Position numbers and translations under genes: made by a program
In this document: positions 12,420-24,970 of the stretch, in pieces
Position numbering within the stretch: the stretch's first letter is position 1
How the letters are laid out: the number at the start of each line of letters is the position of its first letter
The notes under the pieces: model-generated
What the model was told of the DNA's origin: nothing
The model's database searches: none
Seen by the model: the letters and a program-made list of their open reading frames with translations, nothing else
Assembly: GCA_950097015.1 (NCBI GenBank)
Contig: CATNEN010000034.1
Span: 6,696,001-6,760,000 of the forward strand
From: Macrostomum hystrix
Taxonomy: Eukaryota > Animalia > Platyhelminthes
Length of the DNA stretch: 64,000 bases
Direction of reading: 5' to 3'

Positions 12420-12773
12420 AAGTGTTGATCTAGCTGGTATCAAGAGTGATGATCTAGCTGGAATCCAGAGTTATAGATTAGCTGGTATCCAGAGTGATGA
12501 TCTAGCTGGTATCCAGAGTGATAGACTAGCTTGTATCCAGAGTGATAGACTAGCTGGTATCCAGAGTGATGATCTAGCTGGTATCCAGAGTGATGATCTA
12601 GCTGGTATCCAGAGTGATGATCTAGCTGGTATCCAGAGTGATGATCTAGCTGGTATCCAGAGTGATGATCTAGCTGGTATCCAGAGTGATGATCTAGCTG
12701 GTATCCAGAGTGATGATCTAGCTGGTATCCAGAGTGATGATCTAGCTGGTATCCAGAGTGATGATCTAGCTGG
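12420..12773. repeat. 24-bp tandem repeat (gatctagctggtatccagagtgat)
   Basis: About 14 copies just upstream of the SLC41 start. Confidence 0.95.
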
Positions 12774-12847
12774 TAGGAATGTTATGTCTGATGTCTTGGC
12801 TCTCCCGATTGCATTTCCCAGCTTCCCAGCCATTCTGCATTGGTGTT

Positions 12848-12966
12848 ATGATAGATGGAGCATCACCCGACAGCACTCTAAGCAGCCCAAGGCGGCGGCA
12901 GCATCGAGATTCTACTCAGCTGGACCCGGCTATGCAGCAGCCGGGCACGCCGACGCATTATCAACT

Positions 12967-13000
<34 letters not shown>

Positions 13001-13276
13001 GAGCAGCATGAGTTGCAGGAGCAGAAACCGCCTATCCAGCAGCTGCATCATCAGACTCACACTAGCGGCGCCGAGTCAGCCGTCTCCATGGCTCTCCAAA
13101 TGGCGCCGCCGTTAGCCGTTGCTGGCCTTGGAATGTCATTAGCCGGCCTGGTTCTAGATGAGCTTCAGCGCTGGCCGGAGTTCATCCGGCACCCGGAGCT
13201 GCTGGTGATGGTGCCGGCAATCATTGGACTAAAGGGCAATCTGGAGATGACGCTGGCTTCCCGGCTGTCTACTCAG
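12848..13276 (+). CDS. SLC41A: SLC41/MgtE-family Mg2+ transporter, exon 1 (start codon approximate)
   Basis: LQMAPPLAVAGLGMSLAGLVLD...VPAIIGLKGNLEMTLASRLSTQ is the SLC41 signature. Donor CAG|GTTGGT. Confidence 0.85.
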
Positions 13277-13332
13277 GTTGGTTGCATCTGTGACTGTGTG
13301 TGTGTCTGTGTGTATGAATGTGTAGTGTGAGT

Positions 13333-13588
13333 GATAATAATAAAACTAGTAATTGCAGGAGGGCCGCAGGCAGCGGCACATCAGTTTTGGTGACGCTAGA
13401 CCCGCAGACAGCGTGGAGGCAATTCTGCCGATTTCGCTGACTCCTGAGCACACACGCACACAGATACCGTACGCAGACACTCACGCAGGGTGTGTACATC
13501 TGCCCTGACTTACTAATCGTCAGGTGGTGTACACTCTCACTGTGCCTTGAATGTTTGCCTTCAAGGGCGTAAATTGCACGACAAGCAG
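13333..13588 (-). mobile_element. SINE family 1, 5'-truncated copy in SLC41 intron 1
   Basis: Reverse complement of the SINE body and tail (taataataa...tgcaggagggc...ctagacccgcag...gtacactctcactgtgcc...aaattgcacgacaagc). Confidence 0.85.
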
Positions 13589-13776
13589 GGGCCAACCTGC
13601 TATCTGAGCATAGCGTGTGTGCTCAGATTGAGTCCTTCCAATGTGCAGAATTGCCTCTCTTGGCTGCGGGTCTATTGTCAAATTGTGATGTTGATGTTGA
13701 TGTGTTGATGTAGGAGGGCTTGCCCGCTGCCCTCCTACAAATACTGTTATTATCTGTTGCTATCACCGTTTCTTAG

Positions 13777-14028
13777 GCCAACTTGGGTACTTTCGCCGAG
13801 CCTCGCCGGCTCCGCTCGCTAGTGTGGGGCAATCTGGTGCTCACCCAGCTGCAGGCTGTTCTAGTTGGCTTCTTGGCCGCTTTGGTTGCCATCCTGTTGA
13901 ATGCCACTGGAGGCGGCGGTGGCGGAGACGGAGCTGATTCGAAGTCGAACGCGGCTGAGCACGGCCTGTTTCTATTGGCAACCAGTACGGCTACAGCATC
14001 TGTGGCCTCACTGCTGCTTGGTCTGGTG
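13777..14028 (+). CDS. SLC41A: SLC41 exon 2
   Basis: Acceptor ttcttAG. Encodes ANLG...GNLVLTQLQAVLVGFLAA. Donor GTG|GTGAGC. Confidence 0.9.
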
Positions 14029-14103
14029 GTGAGCCTGTGTGATTTCAGAGACACTAATCCTTCTTATCCTTATCTTTTTTATTTCCAATACTAATCGAGA
14101 TCT

Positions 14104-14490
14104 CTTAACAATGATCCCAACCAATCCCGACCTACTCTCTTAACAATGATCCCAACCAATCCCGACCTACTCTTTTAACAATGATCCCAACCAATCCCGA
14201 CCTACTCTCATAACAATGTTCCCAACCAATCCTGACCTACTCTCATAACAATGATCCCAACCAATCCCGACCTACTCTATTAACTATAATCCCCAATCCT
14301 GACCTACTGCCTTAACAATTATCCCCAATCCCATCCTATTCCCCTAACAATGATTCCCAATCCCGACCTACTCTATTAACTATAATCCCCAATCCTGACC
14401 TACTGCCTTAACAATTATCCCCAATCCCATCCTATTCCCCTAACAATGATTCCCAATCCCGACCTATTCGCTTAACAATGATCCCTAATT
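14104..14490. repeat. 31-35-bp intronic tandem repeat (aacaatgatcccaaccaatcccgacctactc)
   Basis: About 12 diverging copies filling SLC41 intron 2. Confidence 0.88.
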
Positions 14491-14542
14491 CCCAATGCGA
14501 CTGAATTCAGCATTGTCCCCTCTAACCCGCTACTCATTGCAG

Positions 14543-14923
14543 GTGAGCGCGGTGATCGTCGCCTCTGAACGCTGCCGCCTGAATCCGGACAATCTGGCCA
14601 CTCCAATCGCGGCCAGCCTCGGCGACTTCGCCAGCCTGCTGGCCCTGGCTTGGCTAGCTAGGCAGCTGGACGGTTCCGGACTCTGGCCAATGGCCGGAAT
14701 CCTAGCTGGCTACGCCTGCCTAGCTCCGGCGCTGGCCGTCGAAGCTGCTAAAAACCAGTTCGCGCAGGCGGCGCTCAGGCAGGGCTGGCTGCCGGTGCTG
14801 GCTGCCATGCTGGCCAGCAGTCTGGGCGGCCTGGTGTTTCGCAGGTGCGCCGGCAGGCTGCCACTGTTGGCCATGTTCCAACCCGTTATCAACGGCATCG
14901 GAGGCAACATTGCGGCCATCCAG
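14543..14923 (+). CDS. SLC41A: SLC41 exon 3
   Basis: Acceptor attgcAG. Encodes NPDNLATPIAASLGD and PVINGIGGNIAAIQ. Donor CAG|GTGGGT. Confidence 0.92.
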
Positions 14924-14926
14924 GTG

Positions 14927-15180
14927 GGTAGCCTGTCACTCCCTTTTTGATAGCCCCTCACTCCCTTTCAGTAGCCTTGTCACTCCCTTTTTGATAGCCC
15001 TCACTCCCTTTCAGTAGCCTGTCACTCCCTTTTTGATAGCCCTCACTCCCTTTCAGTAGCCTGTCACTCCCTTTTAGTAGCCTGTCACTCCCTTTTAGTA
15101 GCCTGTCACTCCCTTCAGTTACCTGCCCCTCTGTTTAGATAATCTGTCACTCTCAATAAATTTTCTGTCACTCTCCTTGC
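14927..15180. repeat. About 21-bp intronic tandem repeat (gtagcctgtcactccctttt)
   Basis: Starts at the donor and fills SLC41 intron 3. Confidence 0.88.
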
Positions 15181-15182
15181 AG

Positions 15183-15425
15183 GCTAGCCGCCTGTCGACT
15201 GTGGCCCATCGTCTGCCCGCCCAGTCGACTGCTGACCGGCCGCCCGACTGTCGCCAACTGTTCTGCGGCGTCGCCGCGGGCAGCTGCGCCACCCGGCTGC
15301 TGCTGGCACTGGTGGCTCCCTGCCACCTCCTGGCCATCTGCTGCGTGCTGGCGCTGGCACCGGACGGCGCTTTCACTGCCACGCCGGCCTTCCTGGTGTG
15401 CTACCTGGCTGCCTGCCTGCTCCAG
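15183..15425 (+). CDS. SLC41A: SLC41 exon 4
   Basis: Acceptor ccttgcAG. Encodes ASRLST...LLLALVAPCHLL. Donor CAG|GTGCCT. Confidence 0.88.
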
Positions 15426-15482
15426 GTGCCTCATTTGGGACAGATACTAGCCTGCTTATATATTCTAAATAGGTTTCCTACT

Positions 15483-15665
15483 GTTGGGCAGGGCGGGATT
15501 CCCCATGGGTTTCCCAAAGTAACTTTTGGGCTGGGTTGGATTCCCCTTGGGTTTCCTTAAGTTACTGTTTGGCTGGGCGGGATTCCCCATGGGTTTCCCC
15601 AGGTTACTGTTTGGCTGGGAGGGATTCCCCTTGGGTTTCCCCATGTTACTGTTGGGCTTACTGTT
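15483..15665. repeat. About 40-bp intronic tandem repeat (gggattccccatgggtttcccc...gttactgtttggctggg)
   Basis: 4-5 copies in SLC41 intron 4. Confidence 0.8.
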
Positions 15666-15915
15666 GGGCACTTAGTTGCCCCTCAACTATAAGTGCCTTG
15701 AATGGGATTCCCTCAACCAAGACTATTAGGCAGGACAGGATTCTCTTCGACCAGGTTTTTTTAAGGGGATTCCCCACAGCAAACGAGATTAAATCTAGGA
15801 TATTTCTTCATTTTAGGAATTTTTCTAACTGGTTTGTAATTGTAGTACACTATCGAACGTCATCCCTATTGTTACCTATGCTGTAACTTTTAACTCTCCG
15901 CCGACTCGCCCGAAG

Positions 15916-16083
15916 GTGGCCTTGCTGCTGTGGCTGGCCAACTGGGTGGTGTACTGGATCTGGTCCTTCGGCCACGACCCGGACAGCGCTTCCATTCCCT
16001 ACCTAACCGGCCTTGGCGACTTCCTCGGCGCCGTCCTGCTGGCCGCTGCATTTAGCGTGCTGGCCGCATGGCAGACTAGATGA
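15916..16083 (+). CDS. SLC41A: SLC41 last exon (not in the ORF track)
   Basis: Hand translation gives VALLLWLANWVVYWIWSFGHDPDSASIPYLTGLGDFLGAVLLAAAFSVLAAWQTR*, with the DPD..IPYLT.LGD motif. Confidence 0.9.
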   Translation: MALLLWLANWVVYWIWSFGHDPDSASIPYLTGLGDFLGAVLLAAAFSVLAAWQTR

Positions 16084-16250
16084 AATTCCGTTAAATTGTT
16101 TTCCTTCTACTCATTCTACTACTGGCGCCAACATAGTAGTATGAATAGTGAGAGCTTTTTTTAGTGAACTGCATATGATATGTTCTTTCTAGCGTCTTGG
16201 TGATTTCTTTTTGTTTCATTTTCTGACGCGTTCGATGCTTAGATGCTCAT

Positions 16251-16680
16251 GTACTTCAGGTAGAATAAATATCCCCTGAGTACTTCAGGTGGAATAACTA
16301 TCCCCTGAGTACTTCAGATAGAATAAATGTCCCAGAGTACTTCAGGTGGAATAAATATCCCCTGAGTACTTCAGGTATAATAAGTATCCCCTGAGTACTT
16401 CAGGTGGAATAAATATCCCCTGAGTACTTCAGGTATAATAAGTATCCCCTGAGTACTTCAGGTGGAATAAATATCCCCTGAGTACTTCAGGTGGAATAAA
16501 TATCCCCTGAGTACTTCAGGTGGAATAAATATCCCCTGAGTACTTCAGGTGGAATAAATATCCCCTGAGTACTTCAGGTGGAATAAATATCCCCTGAGTA
16601 CTTCAGGTGGAATAAATATCCCCTGAGTACTTCAAGTAGAGTAAATGTCCCCTGAGTAAATATCCCTGAGTACTTCAGCT
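16251..16680. repeat. 29-bp tandem repeat (agtacttcaggtggaataaatatcccctg)
   Basis: About 14 copies, 170 nt after the SLC41 stop. Confidence 0.95.
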
Positions 16681-17305
16681 AAAATGAATTTTTATGTATA
16701 TACGAATCTTCGCTAGTCTCTTGATTGCTACTTTGTGATAAGATCTGATAAGTAGCATGGAATGCATATTAAATAGTTATTTTATTATATGTCTATCTTA
16801 CTGCTGTCTGTCTGTCTTAACAAATTGCATGAATTTTACTTATTAGAGCACATTTTAACTGCCAATTCATGCGTGACTCTAAAAAGTCTTTCCGTACTTG
16901 TGCGGTTCATTGCTAGTTATTTGCTTCTATAGTGTTATTCGGTGTTTGGAAACTTTCATTTTTAGTCAATTCATCAAATCAAAAAACGCACACAGTTAGA
17001 GAGAATCTCTAAAATCTCAAACGGTGACTGCCCTTTTGTGAATTGAACTGAACGCAGCCTTTGGAAGTGTTCCACTGGCTGATGATATGATACAATAAAG
17101 TAAGTGATGCAATAAAATATCTTAGATTTCATTATTAAAAAACAACTGAACTGGGTCGTTTTCATCCTTACGAACTATTGAGAACTTTTCAAATCATGCA
17201 TTGGTAACGTCAAAACCTGCAATTCAAAGCTAATAGCTTAAATATTTGCAAGTAAAAGTTGTGCAACTCTGACAACTAGAAGTTGTTTCTTGTAAAGTAA
17301 TTTTG

Positions 17306-18687
17306 AATTACTGGTAGCTTCAGAATCTGTGGATTAATTACTGGTAGCTTCAAAATCTGCGAATGAGTTACTGGTAGCTTCAAAATCTGTGGATTAATTA
17401 CTGGTAGCTTCAAAATCTGTGGATTATTTACTGGTAGCTTCAAAATCTGTGGATGAATTACTGGTAGCTTCAAAATCTGTGGATGAATTACTGGTAGCTT
17501 CAAAATCTGCGAATGAGTTACTGGTAGCTTCAAAATCTGTGGATTAATTACTGGTAGCTTCAAAATCTGGATTATTTACTGGTAGCTTCAAAATCTGTGG
17601 ATTAATTACTGGTAGCTTCAAAATCTGTGGATTATTTACTGGTAGCTTCAAAATCTGTGGATGAATTACTGGTAGCTTCAAAATCTGCGAATGAGTTACT
17701 GGTAGCTTCAAAATCTGTGGATGAATTACTGGTAGCTTCAAAATCTGTGGATTATTTACTGGTAGCTTCAAAATCTGTGGATGAATTACTGGTAGCTTCA
17801 AAATCTGCGAATGAGTTACTGGTAGCTTCAAAATCTGTGGATTAATTACTGGTAGCTTCAAATCTGTGGATTATTTACTGGTAGCTTCAAAATCTGTGGA
17901 TGAATTACTGGTAGCTTCAAAATCTGTGGATGAATTACTGGTAGCTTCAAAATCTGTGGATTAATTACTGGTAGCTTCAAAATCTGTGGATTAATTACTG
18001 GTAGCTTCAAAATCTGTGGATTAATTACTGGTAGCTTCAAAATCTGTGGATGAATTACTGGTAGCTTCAAAATCTGTGGATTAATTACTGGTAGCTTCAA
18101 AATCTGGATTATTTACTGGTAACTTCAAAATCTGTGGATTAATTACTGGTAGCTTCAAAATCTGTGGATGAATTACTGGTAGCTTCAAAATCTGCGAATG
18201 AGTTACTGGTAGCTTCAAAATCTGTGGATTAATTACTGGTAGCTTCAAAATCTGTGGATTAATTACTGGTAGCTTCAAAATCTGTGGATTAATTACTGGT
18301 AGCTTCAAAATCTGTGGATTAATTACTGGTAGCTTCAAAATCTGTGGATTAATTACTGGTAGCTTCAAAATCTGTGGATGAGTTACTGGTTGCTTCAAAA
18401 TCTGCGAATGAGGTACAGGTTGCTTCAAAATCTGCGAATGAGTTACTGGTTGCTTCTAAATCTGCGAATGAGGTACATGTTGCTTCAAAATCTGCGAATG
18501 AGTTACTGGTAGCTTCAAAATCTGCGAATGAGTTACTGGTAGCTTCAAAATCTGCGAATGAGTTACTGGTAGCTTCAAAATCTGCGAATGAGTTACTGGT
18601 TGCTTCAAAATCTGCGAATGAGTTACTGGTAGCTTCAAAATCTGCGAATGAGTTACTGGTAGCTTCAAAATCTGCGAATGAGTTACT
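17306..18687. repeat. 30-bp minisatellite (aattactggtagcttcaaaatctgtggatt)
   Basis: About 46 copies with variants gcgaatgag / gtggatgaa. Confidence 0.96.
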
Positions 18688-19518
18688 ATTATTTAGCGTT
18701 GGTTTTGTGTAGCAATCCTACACTTGCTAGAAACGTATTGAAAGGCTCATATTGAAGCTATTGTGCTTCCGAATCAGTCCCATATATCGATCCATCCGGG
18801 ACAATTGTCTATGATTGAGTCAAAACTGACTTTGGGCCATAGACAATAGGAAATAGTTTTTTTAGAGTTTATACGTAAATTTATCGATCGTGCATGATTG
18901 ATTGGTTTTTCCAAATCAATTTATCCCTCACAATCTAGATACGCCTACTTCGCACTATCCAAAAAAACAATTGTTATGTCACAGAAAAAATGAAATGAAA
19001 AAAACATTGCCGAATTATTAATTCAAGCCCCGATCTAGACTCCTTGATTCGTCAAGTGTCAAGTGTCACTCCCTATAGCTTGGTCATTCGATCCTTATCA
19101 TTGATTTATTTTGTCTATAATAACATTTTTTGCGTAGAAACAAAAGCGACTGAGAAAATGCCGCATAAAATACGTCTTTATAGGAGTATCCGACTGTGTT
19201 TTACGAGTTAAGAGATTTTTTCTGACAACGAAGCGAAATTTGAATCCCTCTTTTTAAAACAATAGGCGACAACAGTTCCACTTCGAGTTTTGCTTGTATC
19301 TGGGCAGGTAGATCTACGAATTTTTCATCTTATATGCGTATCGGTTGACAGCACAATAGACAAGAGTGTGGATGATATGAAATGGAAATTTAATACTCTG
19401 TCGCATATTAGTGTTCAACATCCTTGACCAGCGCTATTCGATATCCCACACCGCAACTGCAGCTTCCCCTTTATTGCATACTGATCAGATTCATAACTGT
19501 CACCTTTCGGTGACACCA

Positions 19519-20105
19519 CTCATTTGGCGCCACTTTAGCTTCTCATTTTGGCGTCATTTCATCCACTCATTTGACGTCATTTCATCCACTCATTTGGCGC
19601 CACCTTATTCTCTCATTTGGCGCCACTTTATCTTCTCATTTGGCGCCACCTTATTCTCTCATTTGGCGCCACTTTATCTTCTCATTTGGCGCCACTTTAT
19701 CTTCTCATATGGCGCCACCTTGTCCACTCATTTGGCGCCACTTTATCTTCTCATTTGGCATTTGGCGCCACTTTATCTTCTCATTTGGCATTTGGCGCCA
19801 CTTTATCTTCTCATTTGGCGCCGTTTTATCCACTCATTTGGCGCCACTTTATCTTCTCATTTGGCGCCATTTGATCTTCTCATTTGGCGCCGTTTTATCC
19901 ACTCATTTGGCGCCACTTTATCTTCTCATTTGGCGCCACTTTATCCACTCATTTGGCGCCATTTGATCTTCTCATTTGGCGCCACTTTATCTTCTCATTT
20001 GGCGCCACATTATCCTCTCATTTGGCGCCACTTTATCCACTCATTTGGCGCCACTTTATCTTCTCATTTGGTGCCACCTTATCCTCTCATTTGGCGCCAT
20101 TTTAT
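19519..20105. repeat. 23-bp minisatellite (tcatttggcgccactttatcttc)
   Basis: About 25 copies. Confidence 0.94.
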
Positions 20106-20664
20106 TCTATCAGTTAATCTATTTTTAGTTCATTGAATATGAGCTACAAACATATCTGCCACCTGACCAGCCTGATTGTAAATAGCCAACTCATTCGCAC
20201 CCTTACTCCACCCGGAGACAATGAGCTAATAGGGGGGAGTTAGTGCTTGTTTGCCTCAAAGGCCTTCGCAACTTTGATAAGTTTTTAAATGTCACCTTCG
20301 CGCCAAATAAAATCAAAATCTGAGTGACGCTTAATTAGCCCTGTGTCGAAGATGGAATGGCAAGCAAATATTTTACGCACTTTTTTAACCTGTTGTTCGA
20401 CATTTCGCCCCAAGGGGAAAAGTGCAAACATTAAAGCTAACCTATAAAGCTTTTCGTGGTTGGCAACTATTAATTAAAAACTCCAATCCCAGACTCAGAA
20501 ATCTACTGACGAATTCGACTACGTTCTTGTTTGCTATTGTTCTTGTCGTATAGTTTTTATCTGTACGAGATGATTGTGTATTATGGGTGACCAAATTACT
20601 TAACCTCAGATTTGCTCTATTCAATTTTTGTCATTGCTTGTCTTAACCAAGTCCCATATCCATT

Positions 20665-22096
20665 AACTAGAAATCCCACTCCAAACAATTCGAAATCCCA
20701 ATATGAAACTATTAAAATCCCACTCCAAAAGATAATAAATCCCACTCCAAATCCATTAGAAATCCCAGTCCAAATCCATTAGAAATCCCACTCCAAATCT
20801 ATTAGAAATCCCACTCCAAATCTATTAGAAATCCCACTCAGAATCTATTAAAAATCCCATGCACTCCGAATCTATTAGAAATCCCACTCCGAATCTATTA
20901 GAGATCCCACTCAGAATCTATTAAAAATCCCATGCACTCCGAATCTATTAGAAATCCCACTCCAAATCTATTAGAAATCCCACTCCAAATCTATTAGAAA
21001 TCCCACTCCAAATCTATTAGAAATCCCACTCCGAATCTATTAGAGATCCCACTCAGAATCTATTAGAGATCCCACTCAGAATCTATTAGAAATCCCACTC
21101 AGAATCTATTAGAGATCCCACTCAGAATCTATTAGAAATCCCACTCCGAATCTATTAGAGATCCCACTCAGAATCTATTAAAAATCCCATGCACTCCGAA
21201 TCTATTAGAAATCCCACTCCGAATCTATTAGAAATCCCACTCCAAATCTATTAGAAATCCCACTCCAAATCTATTAGAAATCCCACTCCGAATCTATTAG
21301 AGATCCCACTCAGAATCTATTAGAGATCCCACTCAGAATCTATTAGAAATCCCACTCAGAATCTATTAGAGATCCCACTCAGAATCTATTAGAAATCCCA
21401 CTCCGAATCTATTAGAGATCCCACTCAGAATCTATTAAAAATCCCATGCACTCCGAATCTATTAGAAATCCCACTCCGAATCTATTAGAAATCCCACTCC
21501 AAATCTATTAGAAATCCCACTCAGAATCTATTAAAAATCCCACTCCGAATCTATTAGAAATCCCACTCCGAATCTATTAGAAATCCCACTCCAAATCTAT
21601 TAGAGATCCCACTCAGAATCTATTAAAAATCCCACTCCGAATCTATTAGAAATTCCACTCCGAATCTATTATAAATCCCACTCCGAATCTATTAGAAATC
21701 CCACTCAGAATCTATTAAAAATCCCACTCCGAATCTATTAGAAATCCCACTCCGAATCTATTAGAAATCCCACTTTAAATCTTTTAGAAATCCCACTCCA
21801 AATCTAATAGAAATCCCACTCAGAATCTATTAAAAATCCCACTCCGAATCTATTAGAAATCCCACTCCGAATCTATTAGAAATCCCACTCCAAATCTATT
21901 AGAAATCCCACTCCAAATCTAATAGAAATCCCACTCAGAATCTATTAAAAATCCCACTCCGAATCTATTAGAAATTTCACTCTGAATCTATTAGAAATCC
22001 CACTCCGAATCTATTAGAAATCCCACTCCAAATCTATTAGAAATCCCACTCCAAATCTAATAGAAATCCCACTCAGAATCTATTAAAAATCCCACT
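20665..22096. repeat. 23-bp minisatellite (attagaaatcccactccgaatct)
   Basis: About 60 copies with higher-order blocks. Confidence 0.96.
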
Positions 22097-22845
22097 TGAA
22101 TTCCATTGCGAATCCCATATTTAAGGCAGTTAAATTCTGGATTTCATTTACATCAACATGCCTCAAAATATTTGCCTTGAGCTTTTGGTAGGCAAGTTTG
22201 TTCTCCAGCAGTTCTCAAACAGGCAGTCAACAGATTACCCAAATTGTTTCCATTGCCATGGCAGAGCAGCTGTGTCAAGAGCCATCCTTGAGCAAACACC
22301 GCGCCCTGTCCGTCACTTTACGATATCTTAATCATATTCCTGAGTATAGGTTCTCATAAATGGGAAATTAGTATATTGCGCAACTGCCCCCCCCCAACAA
22401 AAGTTTACTGCCCCCATTGAGAATCGGCGTCAACTGTGTCTTCTCTAAGTTTGGCATCGTGCACTGGGGCCGGCCAATTTTATTGGATTGCGTCAGATTA
22501 TGAAGGATATCTAATCAGTAAGAAATGTTATGTTACAGATGCGCCAGGTAAAGTATGGGTTAAGGATGAGCAGATGTCTGGTCAAGTTGCACTGCTGTTA
22601 TAATCTTGCATCCATATGGACCAAATTGCATTAGCATTCCTCAGGTGTTACACGCAATTTTATTGCATCTGTAGAAGCCTGGAAACACCTGGCTAGAGGC
22701 GGGCAACATGTTAATACTCGTAGTTTGAGCTGCTTTGAGTGGCGGGAAAACCTTTGTGAGAGCGCAACTTGAAAGGCTCCGACTTGTCCCCACCGGATGG
22801 GCCCGAATTTTAGGCGAATAGAAACAGGGAAGAAACATGGGAGAG

Positions 22846-24060
22846 TGGGAAACGGAAAAGGAGAGGGAGATGGGAAAGGAGATCGAGATGGGAAAGGAGA
22901 GGGAGATGGGAAAGGAGAGGGAGATGGGAAAGGAGACAGAGATGGGAAAGGAGACAGAGATGGGAAAGGAGACAGAGATGGGAAAGGAGACAGAGATGGG
23001 AAAGGAGACAGAGATGGGAAAGGAGACAGATGGGAAAGGAGACAGAGATGGCAAAGTAGAGAGAGATGGGAAAGGAGACAGAGATGGGAAAGGAGACAGA
23101 GATGGGAAAGGAGACAGAGATGGGAAAGGAGACAGAGATGGGAAATGAGACAGAGATGGGAAAGGAGACAGAGATGGGAAAGGAGACAGAGATGGGAAAG
23201 GAGACAGAGATGGGAAAGGAGACAGAGATGGGAAAGGAGACAGAGATGGGAAAGGAGACAGAGATGGGAAAGGAGACAGAGATGGGAAAGGAGAGGGAGA
23301 CGGGAAAGGAGACAGAGATGGGAAAGGAGACAGAGATGGGAAAGGAGACAGAGATGGGAAAGGAGAGGGAGATGGGAAAGGAGACAGAGATGGGAAAGGA
23401 GACAGAGATGGGAAAGGAGACAGAGATGGGAAAGGAGACAGAGATGGGAAAGGAGACAGAGATGGGAAAGGAGACAGAGATGGGAAAGGAGACAGAGATG
23501 GGAAAGGAGAGGGAGATGGGAAAGGAGACAGAGATGGGAAAGGAGACAGAGATGGGAAAGGAGACAGAGATGGGAAAGGAGACAGAGATGGAAGAGAGGG
23601 AGATGGGAAAGGAGACAGAGATGGGAAAGGAGACAGAGATGGGAAAGGAGAGGGAGATGGGAAAGGAGACAGAGATGGGAAAGGAGAGGGAGATGGGAAA
23701 GGAGACAGAGATGGGAAAGGAGACAGAGATGGGAAAGGAGACAGAGATGGGAAAGGAGACAGAGATGGGAAAGGAGACAGAGATGGGAAAGGAGAGGGAG
23801 ATGGGAAAGGAGACAGAGATGGGAAAGGAGACAGAGATGGGAAAGGAGACAGAGATGGGAAAGGAGACAGAGATGGGAAAGGAGACAGAGATGGGAAAGG
23901 AGACAGAGATGGGAAAGGAGACAGAGATGGGAAAGGAGACAGAGATGGGAAAGGAGACAGAGATGGGAAAGGAGAGGGAGATGGGAAAGGAGACAGAGAT
24001 GGGAAAGGAGACAGAGATGGGAAAGGAGACAGATGGGAAAGGAGACAGAGATGGAGGGAA
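22846..24060. repeat. 18-bp purine-rich minisatellite (gatgggaaaggagacaga)
   Basis: About 65 copies. Confidence 0.97.
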
Positions 24061-24970
24061 GGAGTGGGATATTTGGCAAGAGAAAAAATGATGAAGGGAG
24101 GTTGCGAAAAAGAAGGTGAGAAATCTCGAGACCCCCCATCGAGCCATTGCTAAAGTGGGATCAGGTAAAATACGAATAGGTTACCTTTTTGTTCTTTAAT
24201 GTTTATCTAAAATGGTGTTGTAAAACAATAATATTAGTATATAATGCAGTAGATTAAGTTTTGTTTAGTCAGTAAATTGTGATAGCAATACAACTATTTA
24301 GTGATGAAGAAAATTTGACTAAAATACACAACCACACATGTAGGGTATTATAGAAGTTGTATTAGTAAAGGTAAAGCTATCTCTAGGTAAGGTCATCGCA
24401 TCTTGAAAAGTTGAAGCGCATTAGTTGAAGCAGTCGTTTTGTCATTGCGTCACTCGCAGTGCTTCATTTAAACAAAGCAATATTGCGACCCAGTTGACGG
24501 ATTTCAACAAAACAATTCTCCCATGATTTGACTGTCTTGAAGAATTCTTTATTAATTTCTCTTTTTTTAACTATAAAGCGATCGAAATTAAATATATTCC
24601 CAATTTCAGAACTCTGTTTGAAGTTAGTCTGAAGCGCAATTGACAAATCGACAGATCTGCACTTGAAAGTGGACAAGTTTGACAATGGACTACCAAATTT
24701 GTTGATCGTTGCAAAAAAACTACTCTAAAGGCGGAGCTTCTTGTGTAGAAGAAGCAGAGAATTAATATAGATAATTAAAATACGAGACTTTAACACCTTT
24801 ATATTGAGAGATTTATAAAAAACGCGTAATAAAATATTAGAAAAGAAGCAATAATAGATAGAACTAAGGATTGCGAAACGGTTGAGGGATTAATTTGGGA
24901 GGGAGTCGGTAATGAAGTGGGGATAAAATAGGATCCGTAGTGGGAGAGGAAAAATAGATGGGATAAAATA

